Assembly: GCA_038087875.1 (NCBI GenBank)
Contig: CM075990.1
Coordinates: 7,380,001 to 7,440,000 of the forward strand
DNA length: 60,000 nucleotides
From: Malacoraja senta
Lineage: Eukaryota
Direction of reading: 5' to 3'
Under the pieces are notes generated by a model. The model ran no database searches and was not told where the DNA came from. It saw only the letters and a list, made by a program, of their open reading frames with translations. The position numbers were made by a program, and so were the translations under genes. Position 1 is the first letter of the stretch, and every line of letters begins with the position of its first letter. Shown piece after piece: positions 35,283 to 48,357 of this stretch.

Positions 35283-35699
35283 TAAGTCATTTAGAGAAGT
35301 GTTTTACTATAGCCCCCTACACTGGATCGGGCTGTGTAATTGTGCTAACCAGGTTTCATTGTCCACCCCAATACTTTTCTTGGTGAGTGCAAATTAACTG
35401 GACTGCGGAGCACACTCTACAACGTCAGGATTTGCAGGTGGTCCAGGATTTGGATGTGAAGTAAACTGTGAGGAGAATGGTGGTGGTCTTTGAGGATCTG
35501 GCTAAACGACTGGCAGAGATAGATGTGTATCAGAGGAAACTCAATTCAGAAATGATGTGAAAAATTGTGTCTACCTACGGCCTTAGAATGGTGATTTGCT
35601 AGAATAGTGGATAGAATATGGTCAGTTATGCGTATTCTAGAGAGGCAGTGATTGTTCTAGCAAGGTTCAGAGGAGACGTCAGGACTAACAAAGCATCCT

Positions 35700-36675
35700 C
35701 CATGTTAATTCTCAACACCCGTGTTCTGTAGGATTGCATTAACAGCCCCTTACTAAACACCCTAATTCACTCACAACTGCACAGCCAAATTCTGCTCTAA
35801 CTCCATTGACAAATTTGCAGACGAGACCACCATGGCGGTCCGGATCACGAACTATGATAAGGTGGAGAACAGGAAGGAGATAAAGAGCTTGGTAGCATGG
35901 TGTCAAGTCAACAGCCTCCCATGCAATGTTAGTAAAATGAAGGTGGTTATTGGCTTCAGCAAGTGGGGTGAAGGACACATACCAGTCTGTATCAAAGATG
36001 CTGAAATGGAGATGGTCAAGAACTCTAATTTATTTGGTATGAATATCACCAACCATTTGTCCTGCTCTAAAACATTGACAGTGTGGCTAAGAAAGGACAG
36101 CAATGTTTATATCAGAAAGCTAAGGAAATTCAGCATGACTCCAATGACTATTAGTATTCATCTTGTTCTACTGAAACACAGCCTGGCCTGACAATTGCTC
36201 TGGCCAAAATTGCAGAGAGATGTGAAATTAGCTTGGTTCATCGCACATACCAATGTTACTCCAATAAACTCCACCGATACTTCATGTTTCCTCAGGAAAG
36301 CAGCCAACATAATCAAGGACCACTCACAGCCCAGTCATTCTTTCTTCTCCCCTTTCCCATCAGCCAGAAGAGATAAAAGCTTAAAAGCATGTACCACCCG
36401 ATTCAAGAACACTTCTTCCTTTCTGTTACCAGACTCTTGAACAGACCTCTCATATGCTGCGGATGAATTTCCCAATCTTCCAATCAACCACAAAAGTGCC
36501 CTTGCACTTTTTCTTATCCGCACTTTCTCTGCATTTGTAACACAACATCCAGCAGCCTGTTTCTGTTTTCTTTTGCACGGCGTGATGTACTTATGTATGG
36601 TATGATTTGCCTGAATAGCACGCAAAACAAAGTTGTTCACTGGGTCTCAGCGCACATGACTATAATGAACCAATA
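35700..36675 (+). mobile_element. Degenerate Rex1/Babar LINE (RT to 3' UTR)
   Basis: KFADETT..RITN...EIKSLVAWCQVNSLPCNVSK; CFLRKAANIIKDHSQPSHSFFSPFPSARR. Confidence 0.85.
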
Positions 36676-37195
36676 CCATTTGATAGTTTTTTCAAATTCA
36701 ACAAGACTAGATAAAAGAAAAATTTAAAACGTTATTATCCCACAGGCACAGATTCAAGGTGATCAAAAAAAGAACCAGTGACAATAGGAAATAAAACTAT
36801 TTAAAATGACAGGTGGTTGGGATTTACAATGTACTGCATAATAGACCAATGATTCCAAGCTCAATGGAAATCTTTAAAGGGGAATTGAATGAAACTTAAA
36901 GGAATATGGAGAAAAACAGTGACATGGGGCTTGTGGGATTATACTTCAAATGAACCAGATCATACCTGATGGGCCTAATGGCCTCTGAAAAAGGGTCCCG
37001 ACCCACAACGTCGCCCACCCATAGTCTTAAGAGATGTTGCCTGACCCGCTGAGTTACTCCAGCAGTTTGTGTGTCTTTATTTTGTAAACCATCATTTGCA
37101 GTTCTTTGTGTCCATTGCCTTCTGTGTTGAACGGTCACACCCTACTGGTCTAGTTGGATAATGGAGGTGAGATGTCACGTTGAACATTGAAAGGC

Positions 37196-37510
37196 TTTAG
37201 TTTAGTTTAATTTAGAGATCCAGCGCGGAAACAGGTCCTTCGGCCCACTGAGTCCGTGCCAACCAGTGATCCCACCCATTAACACTATCCTACACGCACT
37301 AGGGACAATTTACAATTATGCCAAGTCAATTATCCTACAAACCTGTACGTCTTTAGAGTGTGGAAGGAAACCGGAGATCCCGGAGAAAACCTATGCAGGT
37401 CACGGGGCGAACGTACAAACTCCGTACAGACAGCACCCATAGTTGGGATCGAACCTGGGTTTCTGGCACTGTAAAGTAGCAACTCAACTGCTGTGCCACC
37501 ATGCCGCCAT
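37196..37510 (-). mobile_element. HE1-like V-SINE, full length
   Basis: (TTTAG)n tail; gggatcgaacctggg; ctgtgccaccatgccgcc. Confidence 0.9.
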
Positions 37511-40049
37511 TTCTGAACCAATATAAGGTCTGACTGACAGGCTTTATTTCAACTTACACTATCTTAAAAGATTTCAGAAATTTATGAAATTTATGGTGAA
37601 AAGAATAGATATGTTGCAAATTTTCTTTCCTAATTTCAAGGCAGACTTAAACTTTGAAAAACTAATTTCTGAGATGTAGTTGGCACCGGGAGATCTGGCA
37701 TTTATCGCTCAACCTTGATTCCCTCGAAAAAGTGATTGATCAAGTATTGATGTGCATCCAGCGTGCTTCAAACACGACCCGTGGGTCAGGAATTCCTGGA
37801 TTTTAATCCTGGATTGGAACGTGATGAACAAAATGGAAGAGCTAGGAGGATTTTATGCACAACAAATAAATGAATGATGCAATCTTTCTCCTCAAATTTC
37901 AAATCACCTAAAACATGTATTCAGGATGGTCTGATAGAAACATTGAACCTGAGCAAAGATATTTCTTCCATAGCTTTGAGCACAGGCTGAGTTATTAGCC
38001 CTGTCACATTTTCTGCATCAGAGGGCCCAAGTTGCCATGAAGATTATTTTGTATAATGACTTGATTGCTTCAATTTTCATTGTTTGAACTGGCTCATTCC
38101 TGAACTAAATTCAATGAATCAATTTGTTGAAGTTTCCTATTACAATGAGAAATGTTGCATAATTTTGTCCCTGTACTAAAGATGTTCAATATAGATTTGT
38201 ATGCATGTAATGTACTGTACAAATTATTCAGAGCACCAGCATTGCTATTTAATGCAACACCTTACACTTTGATTAAACCATCTTAAGCTTTCAATCTAAC
38301 CAACAATCTGTGTTTGATGAACTGAGTCGGTAAAAGAGAGAGCTGTGATCTCAGGTGACCGGAGACTTTGCATTTTGTAACCCAAAGCTACCTCTCACTC
38401 TCTCTGTCCATGAGTGGACCCAGTCCTGAGCTCTCCCCAACACTGGGCCTGGCCTTCAACTTGAACGTTTCCCTTGGACCCGAACCTGTCCCAGGCCGTA
38501 TCCTCAATCTAAACTTGACCTTGATCTCTTGCAGATCCCCAGATAAAGTTTATGAGTTTTCAGTTTGAGTTTAGTTTATTATCACGTGTACCGAGGTGCA
38601 GTGAAAAGCTTTTGTTGCGTGCTAACCAGTCAGCGGAAAGACAATCGAGCCATTCACACAGCCATGTTCCGTGATTCCACAACTATGTTGTAATCCCAAT
38701 GTAGACCGACCTCTGATTGCTACGACTTTAGACTTTTACCAATGTCCGTGGAAGCTTTCGTGCTCAAATGTTTGGATGAGCCGGAAAAGCCCGTTTTCTG
38801 TGCTGTACGACGCAATGGTTCTGTGTTATTTTCAGTGTGTTCGAGACAGTGAAAAGAAGCTGAAGCGTAAATAGGAAAGTTTACTTCCCTGGTAATTGTA
38901 GCTTGTCAGAGTGGAGATCACAAGAGCACCTGATGTACGAGCGGAGGCAGAAGCAAGCAGTATAATCTGTTTTGCTTGTAGAACTGCTGTAAATGCAGCA
39001 GTTTTGAGAGTGCATTCAACGTATTCTGAGGAAGTCAACTGAGTGCGGACTGAGGGACAGTTCAGTTGTGAAACCAAGTGTGACATCATGCTCCACTTTG
39101 CTCAGACTGTGTTGATGATGAATGTCACCCTCTGGCAAGACATTTTAGTCACTGGAAACATCACGATGTCTGGGTAAGCAATACCCTCCCCATATAACTA
39201 AGAGCCAAGCTGATGCACTGTTTGATGAAGCTGGCTACTTCAGCAGGTTCAAGTGGGAACAGTTTCCTACCACACTCCAAAGACATGTAGATTTGTAGGC
39301 TAATTGGCTCCAGTAAAAATTGTCCCTGGCGTGTAGAATAGTGCTAGTGTATGGGGATCGCTGGTCAGTGCAGATTCGGTGGGCCGAAGGGCCCTATTTC
39401 CGTGCTGTATCTCTAAACTAAATTAAAAGTCGACTACTTATTAAGAAGCAGTGACTTAGTTACATTTATTTCCAGGACAAAGCTATGTTTCTAACATATG
39501 ATCATTGCAGCACTGAAGCCAGCCATCCTTGGTTCCCCTCCAAGGCAGCCAAATCAGCACTGGTAACTCTGAGAATAATCCCATCAGTTTACTCATCAGA
39601 GCCTTTTCCGTAGGCCTGCAAACCTTCTCTGCGAAACCTAAACTGCCAATTGAATTCCCTATTGAACGTCCATTCTGCTTCCAACATCCCTGAAGGCAGC
39701 GAGTCCCAGTTCATTGCTGCTCTCCACGTACAAAGACTTCCCCTACACACTCCTGCGTCCGCTGCCGAAATGTTTTCGTCTGTGGCCCATGGTGCTGGAA
39801 GAATCTGTTAATGGAAGCAGATTCTCAGTTCAGTTCAGTTTAGTTTTTTGTCACGTGTACCGAGGTTTTGTTGCGTGGTAACCAGTTAGCGGAAAGGCAA
39901 TACCTGATTACAATCAATCCACTTACAGTGTATACAGTAGATACATGAACCAGAGCCTCTTCCTTTTCATTTCTTTCCCTCGGGGTTGTTGGGAATTTCT
40001 CCAAGAGCTTCATTCAGCTCCCCTACCGTTTAGATCACCTACAATGAAC

Positions 40050-42100
40050 GGATCAGGCAATGCTGTATCCAAATCCCTGCACCTTGTAGTCCAGTATCGA
40101 CATGATCTCCGACCAGGATGTGTTAGAGAGTGACTGAATGACAAACCACCATTGTAGAAGAAGATGGGTTAGAGTGTAGGAGAGAGAATAATCGACTGAT
40201 GAAATGGTGCCAGAACAACAAGCACACGGTGGCACTAGGATCAGTGATGTAAGGGTTGACCTGGCCTGGCGAGGTTTCTTGTGATGAGATGGGAGGTGGC
40301 ATGTATTCTGTAATATACCTCTCCCTCTCACCGAGGCCCCTTGCCTCCAGGCTGTGGGAACTGAAGCACTGCTGACAGGAAAAGCTGGGATATTATATAC
40401 AACACCAAATATAGGCTTCAAAGTGTTAAAGGATGATTCCCATTATTTGAAAGGTCTGACATAGATTGTCCACAGCCGGATCCATGCGACCATCCAACTC
40501 ACTGTGGGGGCGGCAATATAGCCCTCATAATCATGCACTGATCCAATTAAATTTCCAGTCATTGGTGACCCCCAAGATGCTGTTGGCGGCTCGGTGATGT
40601 TGATGCTATTGAATGTCAAGACTGTGTGTGGTTTGACCTTCACTTGTTGGAGTTGGTTATTGTCTTTTGTTTGGGCATTTATGTGACTTGCCGTATATTC
40701 ATCTATGCCAGAACGACATGTCAGGCTTTGTTACATGCACATATTATGTGCTCCGTCTGTTGAGGAGTCGCAGATGTATTTGGGTGATGCGCATTCATCA
40801 GAAAACATCCTGACATAGCAAGGGAAGTTGTTTAGCGATGCACCAGGAGATGTTTGGGCCTGGGACACCACCACGAAGTACTCCTGCAGTGATGTCCTGG
40901 GGTTGAGAAGCTCTCCAAGAAACACTACCATCTTCCTTTGTGCCAAGTACGACCCTCCCTAGTCATTGGAGTTTTCCCCTTTCAGTTCAGTTTCAGCAGG
41001 GATCTTTAATCTCAAGGTCAGCTTCTTGCACTTTGCCTGTGGAACTTCAAGGGCCTGTCCCACTTGGCCGTCATTTGCGCCTCATTTACGCGTCATATGT
41101 AAAATAGGTCGACGCGTTGTTAAGAGCGACGTTACACGCAAATCACGCGTCATCATGCCATCTGGTGCCTGTGACGTCATTAGAATACCGTGCGCCGCGC
41201 GGCGACGTATGGTTACGCACGGTGACGTAACCATGCATCACCACACGATACACATGAGACGTCGGGACGCAGCGTGCGACGCCAATGCGTCAGCGTGCAT
41301 ACCCAATGCGTCAGCGTGCGTACGCGATGTGTCATGCAGGTGGTGCGCGAGGATTTCGTGCTTCACGAAATCCTGGAGCGCCGCGCGATACCGCGCGCAA
41401 CTCCACACTCCTCCACGCCTATCCATGTGCCCGTCCCGCATGTCGACCTATTTTACATATGACGCGTAAATGAGGCGTAAATGACGGCCAAGTGGGACAG
41501 GCCCTTAAGTCTTTGCTCCTCGTTTGAAAACATGAGTTAAGTAGTCGTAGCAAAGCCCAAACTAGATGTCATTGAGTAGGTTATTAGTGAGTAAGTGCTG
41601 CCTGATAGCACTATCGATGATATCTTCCTTCACTTTATCAATGTTTGAGAGTAATCTGATCAGGTGATAATTAGACATATTGAATTTCTCAGACTTATTA
41701 CGAACAGGACATACTCAGGCAATGTTCTGCTTCATTGGGCATTCTTGATGTTAGTGTTGTAACTCTACTGCAACATCTTGGCCAGAGGGACAGTTAATTC
41801 TGAGTGCAGGCCTTCAGTACAATAGATGATGAACTAGCTGGTCTAGTAGCCTTTTTTATATCCAGAAGTCTCATCCGTTTGTTTTTTAAAATATCATGAG
41901 GAGTTAATTGAATTGGTTAGGGATCTCAGGGGAAGCCAAGATGGATCATCTAGTTGGCACTTCTGGCAGAAGTGTCCGAGCGCGCCACTCGGTATATCAC
42001 AACTGCAACATCAAAGCAGATCAAAATTAAAACTGGACACTCCACTTGGCATCAGTCGAGGCAGCAAAGTCACTTCCAGCTCTGTGCAACACTCACTCAC
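40050..42100 (-). mobile_element. Ancient, fragmented CR1/L2-group LINE ORF2
   Basis: AQRKMVV...VRMFSDEC, a degenerate YLAQRKMVVV..GVPQGSVLGP..MFADDC. Confidence 0.6.
41050..41505. mobile_element. Harbinger-type MITE with 64-bp TIRs
   Basis: agggcctgtcccacttggccgtcattt(g/a)cgcctcatttacgcgtcatatgtaaaataggtcgac at both ends, 1 mismatch; flanks TCA/TAA. Confidence 0.92.
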
Positions 42101-42145
42101 AGATCATGTGGGGAACAATGCTTTATTTGGGAGGTCTATAATAGA

Positions 42146-43210
42146 GATAGAAACATAGAAACATAGAAAATAGGTGCAGGAGGAGGCCATTTGGCCCTTC
42201 GAGCCAGCACTGTCATTCATTGTGATCATGGCTGATCGTCCCCTATCAATAACCCGTGCCTGCCTTCTCCCCATATCCCTTGACTCCACTAGCCCCTAGA
42301 GCTCCATCTAAGGTTTGGAGGTCAAATGGTTTGGTGTAAATGTAAAACTGTCCCTGGTGTGTGTGTAGAATAGTGTTAATGTGCGACACTCGCTGGTCGG
42401 TGAGGACTCAATGCGCTGAAGGGCCTGTATCTCTAAACTAAAACCTAAACTAGTCAAGGAACAACCTGCCCTAATCGCAGAATTATGTCTTCCAGATAGT
42501 CCCAGACTTTTTAGTTTAGTTTAGTTTAATTTAGGGGTACAGCGTAGAAACAGGCCCTTCGGCCCACTGGGTCCGCGCCGACCAGCGATCCCCGCACATT
42601 AACACTATCCTAGAGCCAATGTTTTTACACTCATCTCATTCTCTAGGTACATCTGTCCTGCCAGCATAAAGATAGGCAGATGGAGTTCTGCAGTGACACA
42701 CAAGCTGAAGGGAGTAGCCCTGAGATTCTGAATCATGTCCCAAGGCATCAGGTTAAACATGGGCAAGGAATCCTTTTTCTGAATACTGCCTGCCGTCCCT
42801 CAGCTGGTACATCAGTTCTCCTCATGTTGAATTAGACCCAGAAGAAGCATTGAGGGTAGCACTGGGGACAAGGAGGGAGGGGTAGGAGGATGGGGTCTTC
42901 TGTAGAAACAGAGAAAATAGGTGCAGGAGAAGGCCATTTGGCCCTTCGAGCCAGCACCGCCATTCATTGTGATCATGGCTGATCGTCCCCAATCAATAAC
43001 CCGTGCCTGCCTTCTCCCCGTATCCCTTGATTCCACTAGCCCCTAGAGCTCTATCTAACTCTCTCTTAAATCCATCCAGTGATCTGGCCTCCACTGCCCT
43101 CTGTGGCAGGGAATTCCACAAATTCACCATTCTCTGGGTGAAAACGTTTTTTTCTCACAGTCTTAAATGGCCTCCCCTTTAGTCTAAGACTGTGATCCCT
43201 GGTTCTGGAT
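42146..43210. mobile_element. Cluster of CR1 3' tails (42146-42310 and 42903-43210, minus) and SINE 3' halves (42330-42450 plus, 42510-42612 minus)
   Basis: ggtgcaggaggaggccatttggcccttcgagccagc; ggcccttcggcccactgggtccgcgccgaccagcgatc. Confidence 0.8.
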
Positions 43211-43259
43211 ATACTTAGGTACTTTAGTATACTTTAGTACTCCCAGTTGAACTGGGCAC

Positions 43260-44335
43260 CTGAAGATGTGGCCACCATATTGGGTCTGTGTCTATGGTGA
43301 GTGAATCAACCTGAGGACAAGGCCAACAGCCCTTCTTCAGCACTGCATTTGTCTTCAATGATGTTGGTAGGAATGATTACCGCAGTCGCCTCGTGAAGAT
43401 GAAGTCTTGTCTCCACACCGCGGACACTCTGCCACAATGCTAAAGGAGATAGATGAGATAGGGCAGCTCGGAACTAGGTATCCGTGGGTTGCTGCGTCCC
43501 ATCATCAGCACCAGTTCGATTGTCTTCCATCTTTGGTAACTTCATGGCCTGGAATAACCCTGAATACCATGGCTATTGAGACAAAAGACAAACCCACATT
43601 CAACGAGGAATGTAGTAAGGCATCACCAGAGCACCATTAAGCTCATTTAAAGGTGGCTGCCCATGTAAGAAAGTTGCAAGTCATGCTAAACACATAAGGC
43701 AATATATCTTTAAGGGGTTCTAAATCAAAACATGCCCGTGTGAGTGCCAAAGATAAGAATTAAGCGTTATAGTCAAAGTGCTGTGTTAACGATCTTCCTT
43801 AGTTACCTCCGCGGGTGCCTGCCGTCATATATATAGTCAACCCTCAGCAAATTCAAATCACTCCTTATAGTATTACTGCCCATGAGAGCAGGCAATATTC
43901 CAGTTGGAGTATCAAAGACATTTTCTCCAGAACTGGCTGTGCTCACACCGAGCTGTTCCGGGTTCCGACATTACCGACATTTAGCCAAGAATGTAGCAGG
44001 GCATCTAGGTTCATCCCGCTTACAAAAAGCAGCAGAAATCCAAACCAGCTCATTTCCACCCATGCAGTCTGCTCTCGATGATCAGCGAAATGATATGAAG
44101 TGCTCGAAAACCTATTAACGGGCAGAAACCCGCTCGCCGATACACATGTTGGATGGTTCGAGACCATTTTGCAGCCTTGATCCAAACCTGGAGCAAGAAA
44201 CTGTGAGATGAGAGTGGCTGCTCTTGACCGAGGGAGCATTTGTGGTATCGAGGAATCCTGATAAAAGTGAATTCAAATGGGCCTTAAGGGGAAAACATCC
44301 CAATGGCTGGAGTCACACCTTGCGCAGGGGAATGA
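43260..44335 (+). mobile_element. Ancient CR1/L2-group LINE fragment
   Basis: Degenerate ALIQTWSKKL..RVAALD..AF..W...LRGK...WLESHL RT region. Confidence 0.55.
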
Positions 44336-44960
44336 GGTTGAGAAAGTGGAAGGTTAATTACACCAACACCTCCTGGGATAAATAAAGTTCTATCGTATCG
44401 TATAGTAACATCCCTACATTCTCCAGTGTTCTTTCCATTCACCCAAGCACCCCTCCATTCTTCTGTACACTTTACATTCTCCTCTGTATCCTGCATTTTC
44501 CCAAGTGCTCTGACAATCCCCTGGACCCCCAGTATCCTGAGCAAAAACTTCCTCCTGTGCACCCTTCAATACTCCGTGGAATTCAGATGAAGAGAAGGCA
44601 ATGGGAAATGACATTGTTAATATTTCCACAACAAACAAACAGGAAGCTGCCTGTCAGAAAAGATGCCTTGGGCAATTTAGACAACAGGAATACTAAAGGA
44701 TGTATAGTAATTAAACTTGTAATGAGAAATAAGCAATCCGTGCAACATAGAGGAGAGTGGTTGGCCCAGATAAATATATTTTATGCATATTCATAGATAT
44801 AAAGCAACAAATCAGTAAATTCCAGGCACAAAATCTTGGAGATTTCAATGTGGTAGCTGTTATTGAGAAAGGGCTGCGAAACATCAGGACCGAAAATATT
44901 GACCATGCTGCCATTCATTACTGTTTACCCATATAGTTTATTGTGGGATCTTGTGTTTTG

Positions 44961-45261
44961 AAGCCCTGTCCCACTGTACGAGTGCATTCAAGAGCTCTCC
45001 CAAGTTTAAAAAAAAAATCAAACTCGTGGTAAGCACGGAGAATGAATGTAGCGGGTACGTCGGAGCTCGGGGATGTCTCTTAGCGGCTCGTAACGCTAGC
45101 GGCAGGTACTCGGGAAACGCGGTAAGCTCGGGAAGACTCGTGAAGATTTTTCAACATGTTGAAAAATGATCAGGAGAGCCCCGAGTACCTGTGAGTGGCC
45201 ATTACCGTAAATCTCCGAGTTCGAATCAGGGCAAATGAACTCGTACAGCGGGACAGGGCTT
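44961..45261. mobile_element. Harbinger-type MITE
   Basis: aagccctgtcccactgtacgag / ctcgtacagcgggacagggctt; flanks TTG/TTA. Confidence 0.85.
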
Positions 45262-45599
45262 TTATACTTTTATACTCCTTTATTCACATGAAATGTAGTT
45301 ACAAGTTCACATAATCTATATTCATGGCGCTTGTCCCTAACTGAACTGGAAGCTGGGCGCAACAATGTCACAACATATAAATAAACGACACAATTGCTCA
45401 TGATTTCAGCAATCTACCAACAATGAGTTAGCAGATTCTCCAGTTGTCAATAGAAATACACTGCCATACATTTAAAAAAGAAGGGAACAATGCTGCTAAA
45501 ATTTTTACATTTATTAGTTTGCTATGATAAAAACATAAAGGTTTTTTTAAAACTTATAACAAGGTCAACTTGTTTTTATCCCATTCAATATATAATTTT

Positions 45600-45890
45600 T
45601 AGTTTAGTTTAGAGATAGAGCATGGAAACATACCCTTCGGCCCATCAAGTCTCTGCTCACCATTGATCATCCATTCACACTGGTTCTTTGTTATTCCACT
45701 TCTCAACCACACCAGGCACAATTTTACAGGATTAACCTACAAACCCGCACGTCTTTGGAATGTGGGAGGAAACTGGAGCACCTGGAGGAAATTGACGCGG
45801 TCACAGGGAGAACATGCATACTCCACACAGACAGCATCCAAGGTCAGGATCGAAGCCAAGTCTCTGGACCGTGAGACAGTAGCTCTACCA
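45600..45890 (-). mobile_element. HE1-like V-SINE
   Basis: tttagtttagttagagatagagcatggaaac...gtcaggatcgaagcc. Confidence 0.8.
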
Positions 45891-46344
45891 ATTATTTATA
45901 TCATATTTAATCATTACATTTACGAAGATAAAATTAAAGTGGTGAGATTCAAACATTGCAGATTAAAAAACACCTAATTTGCACTAACCTGCAATTCCAC
46001 ATGACCACTTGGGTCATGCTACCAAAGAACAAGCACTTCATTAGTTTGTGAGATCTTTCTCCATATCATTTACGTTTCTTCCTGACATCCCCAATAACAG
46101 AGGGTCAGCAAATTGGTTCTTTCCATGCGATATCTATAAATGCCCAAGAGCATCAGGTACAGGAAAGCTTATGGGACCAACGACACTTTAGCTGCAGTGC
46201 TAAAGATCTGCGGTCCAGAACCAGCTGCAAGTCTGGTCAAGCTGTTCCAGAGGAGTCACAGCATGGGCCTGTATCAACAATGTGAAAAATTGCCCTAATG
46301 TCCCATTCACAGACAAGTAGGGAACATCTAATCTGAATAATTGC

Positions 46345-46635
46345 TGGCCATTTGGCCCTTCGAGCCAGCACCGCCATTCAATAAGATCATGGCTGATCAT
46401 CCTAAATCCATACACCGTTCCTGCTTTTTTCCCATATCCCTTGATTCCATTAGCCCCAAGAGCTAAATCTAACTCTCTCTTGAAAATAGAGAGTTTTGTG
46501 GCAGAGAATTCACAGATTCTCAACTCTCTTGGTGAAAACGTTTTTCCTCATCTCAGTCCTCAATGGCCTACCCCTTATTCTTAAACTGTAACCCCTGGTT
46601 CTGGACTCCCCCAACATCAGGAACATTTTTCCTGT
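46345..46635 (-). mobile_element. CR1 3' end
   Basis: IFKRELDLALGANGIKGYGKKAG. Confidence 0.85.
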
Positions 46636-46998
46636 TTCTCCTGTGCAGTAAAGTTTCCTAAGGCAAAGATGTGACTGTCCCTACATAGGAGAGGGCAACA
46701 TTTGACCTAGTCTTGGGAAATTGAGGTGGACAATTGATTGAAGTGTCAATGCCTTTTGGGCCCAATGACCTATTAACTGTAAAATGCATTGATAAGGAAA
46801 GTAATAGAGCGATACAGTATGGAATCAGGCCCTTCGGCCCAACCTGCTTACACCAGCCATCATGTATCAGTTATACTAGTCCCACCTGCCTGAGTTTGGT
46901 CCATATCCCTCCAAACCTGTCCTAGACGTGTGTGTCTACATGTTAAAATTCTAAATTGGGGGCAGAGCCAACTTTAGTGTTAGACAGGAACTTGCTTA

Positions 46999-47306
46999 AG
47001 CCCCTGTCCCACTTTCCCGAGTTACTCACGAATTCTCCCGAGTTTTCCCCTTGATTCAAACTCGGAGATGCCAGCCGTAGGTACTCGGGGCTATTTTTTT
47101 TACTCGTGGACATTTTTGAACATGCTGAAAAAACGTCCCGACTTACCTGATGCCCCGAGTACCTACAGCTGGCATTATGAGCCGCTACAAAATATCTATG
47201 GACTCCTACGGCCTCCTACGGACTCACTACGGAAAATCTCCGAGTTTGAATCAAGGGGTAAACTCGGGAGAATTCGTGAGTAACTCGGAAAAGTGGGACA
47301 GGGGTT
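46999..47306. mobile_element. Harbinger-type MITE with ~70-bp TIRs, related to 8765-9009 and 44961-45261
   Basis: cccctgtcccacttt.ccgagttactcacgaattctcccgagttt.ccccttgattcaaactcggaga inverted at both ends; flanks TTA/TAA. Confidence 0.92.
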
Positions 47307-48357
47307 TAAGATCGATTAGAGTAAGTTGTTTGGGGATAAATGTCTGGAAAGTGGGCTGCTTTTAAAAATGTGATGGTGAAAGTTCATAGTATGTATGTTC
47401 TAAAGAATGGGCAAAGTAGGTGGGAGTAAGGAAGCTGAAATGACAAGAGAAATTGAGGCTCTGGTTTTACAAATAGGAGGAGGCATGGGCCAGGTATAGG
47501 CAGCTGGGATCAAGTGTATCCCTGGCAGACCTTCCGGGACTGAGGAGAATACTTAAAAATAAATTAGCAGTGCAAAAGGGGGCAGGAGTTGGCTCTGGCA
47601 GACAAAATTAAGGATGATTCAAAGTTAATTTATGTACATTATGGTAGAGTGAATAGGGTGGGTCAGAAACCAAAGTGGTCATCCATGTGAGGAGTCGCAG
47701 TAGATGGGCAAGGTGCTCAATGAGTATTTCTTCTGTTTTTACTGTGAAGATATATATGGAGACAAGGGAACTTGGAATAGTCAATGGAGATATCTTAAGG
47801 GCAGTCAGAGGAGGTACTGAATGTCAAAAGGAATATAAAGGCAGATATTTCTCTCTGGTCTAATCGGATACAATCAAGGAAGCTAGGGGAAAAATTGCCA
47901 TTGCCCTGTCTGAGATGTATTAGTGATCATTAGTTTAGTTTAGAGATACAGCGTGGAAAAAAGCCCTTTGGCCTACCGAGTCCATGCCGACCAGCGATCC
48001 CCACACATTAACACTATCCGAAAACACACTAGGGACATTTATACCAAGCCAATTAACCTACAAACCTGTATGTCTTTGGAGGGTGGGAGGAGACTGAAGA
48101 TCTCAGAGCAAACCCACGGGGAGAATGTACAAATACGAACTCAGAGGAGACACCACCGGTAGTCGGGATCGAACCCGGGTGTCAGGCGCTGTAAGGCAGC
48201 AAGTCTACCGCTGCACCACCGTGCTGACATAGGTGAGGTGCCAGATGAGGCTAATGTTATGCCTCTATTTATGAAGAGCTGCAAGGAAAAGCCTAGGAAC
48301 TGTAGACCACTGTCTAACATCTGTGGTAGGTAAGTCACTGGAGAGGGTTAAGATATA

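Noticed and set aside
34815..35386. Arg/Ala-rich ORFs or a CpG-island promoter (also 40966-41473)
   Set aside because: They coincide with TIR- and TSD-bounded MITEs; high GC explains the open frames.
46995..47310. piggyBac/Kolobok assignment from TTAA flanks
   Set aside because: Only this copy reads TTAA on both sides; four others fit a 3-bp TAA or TTA duplication with terminal A/T, favouring PIF/Harbinger.
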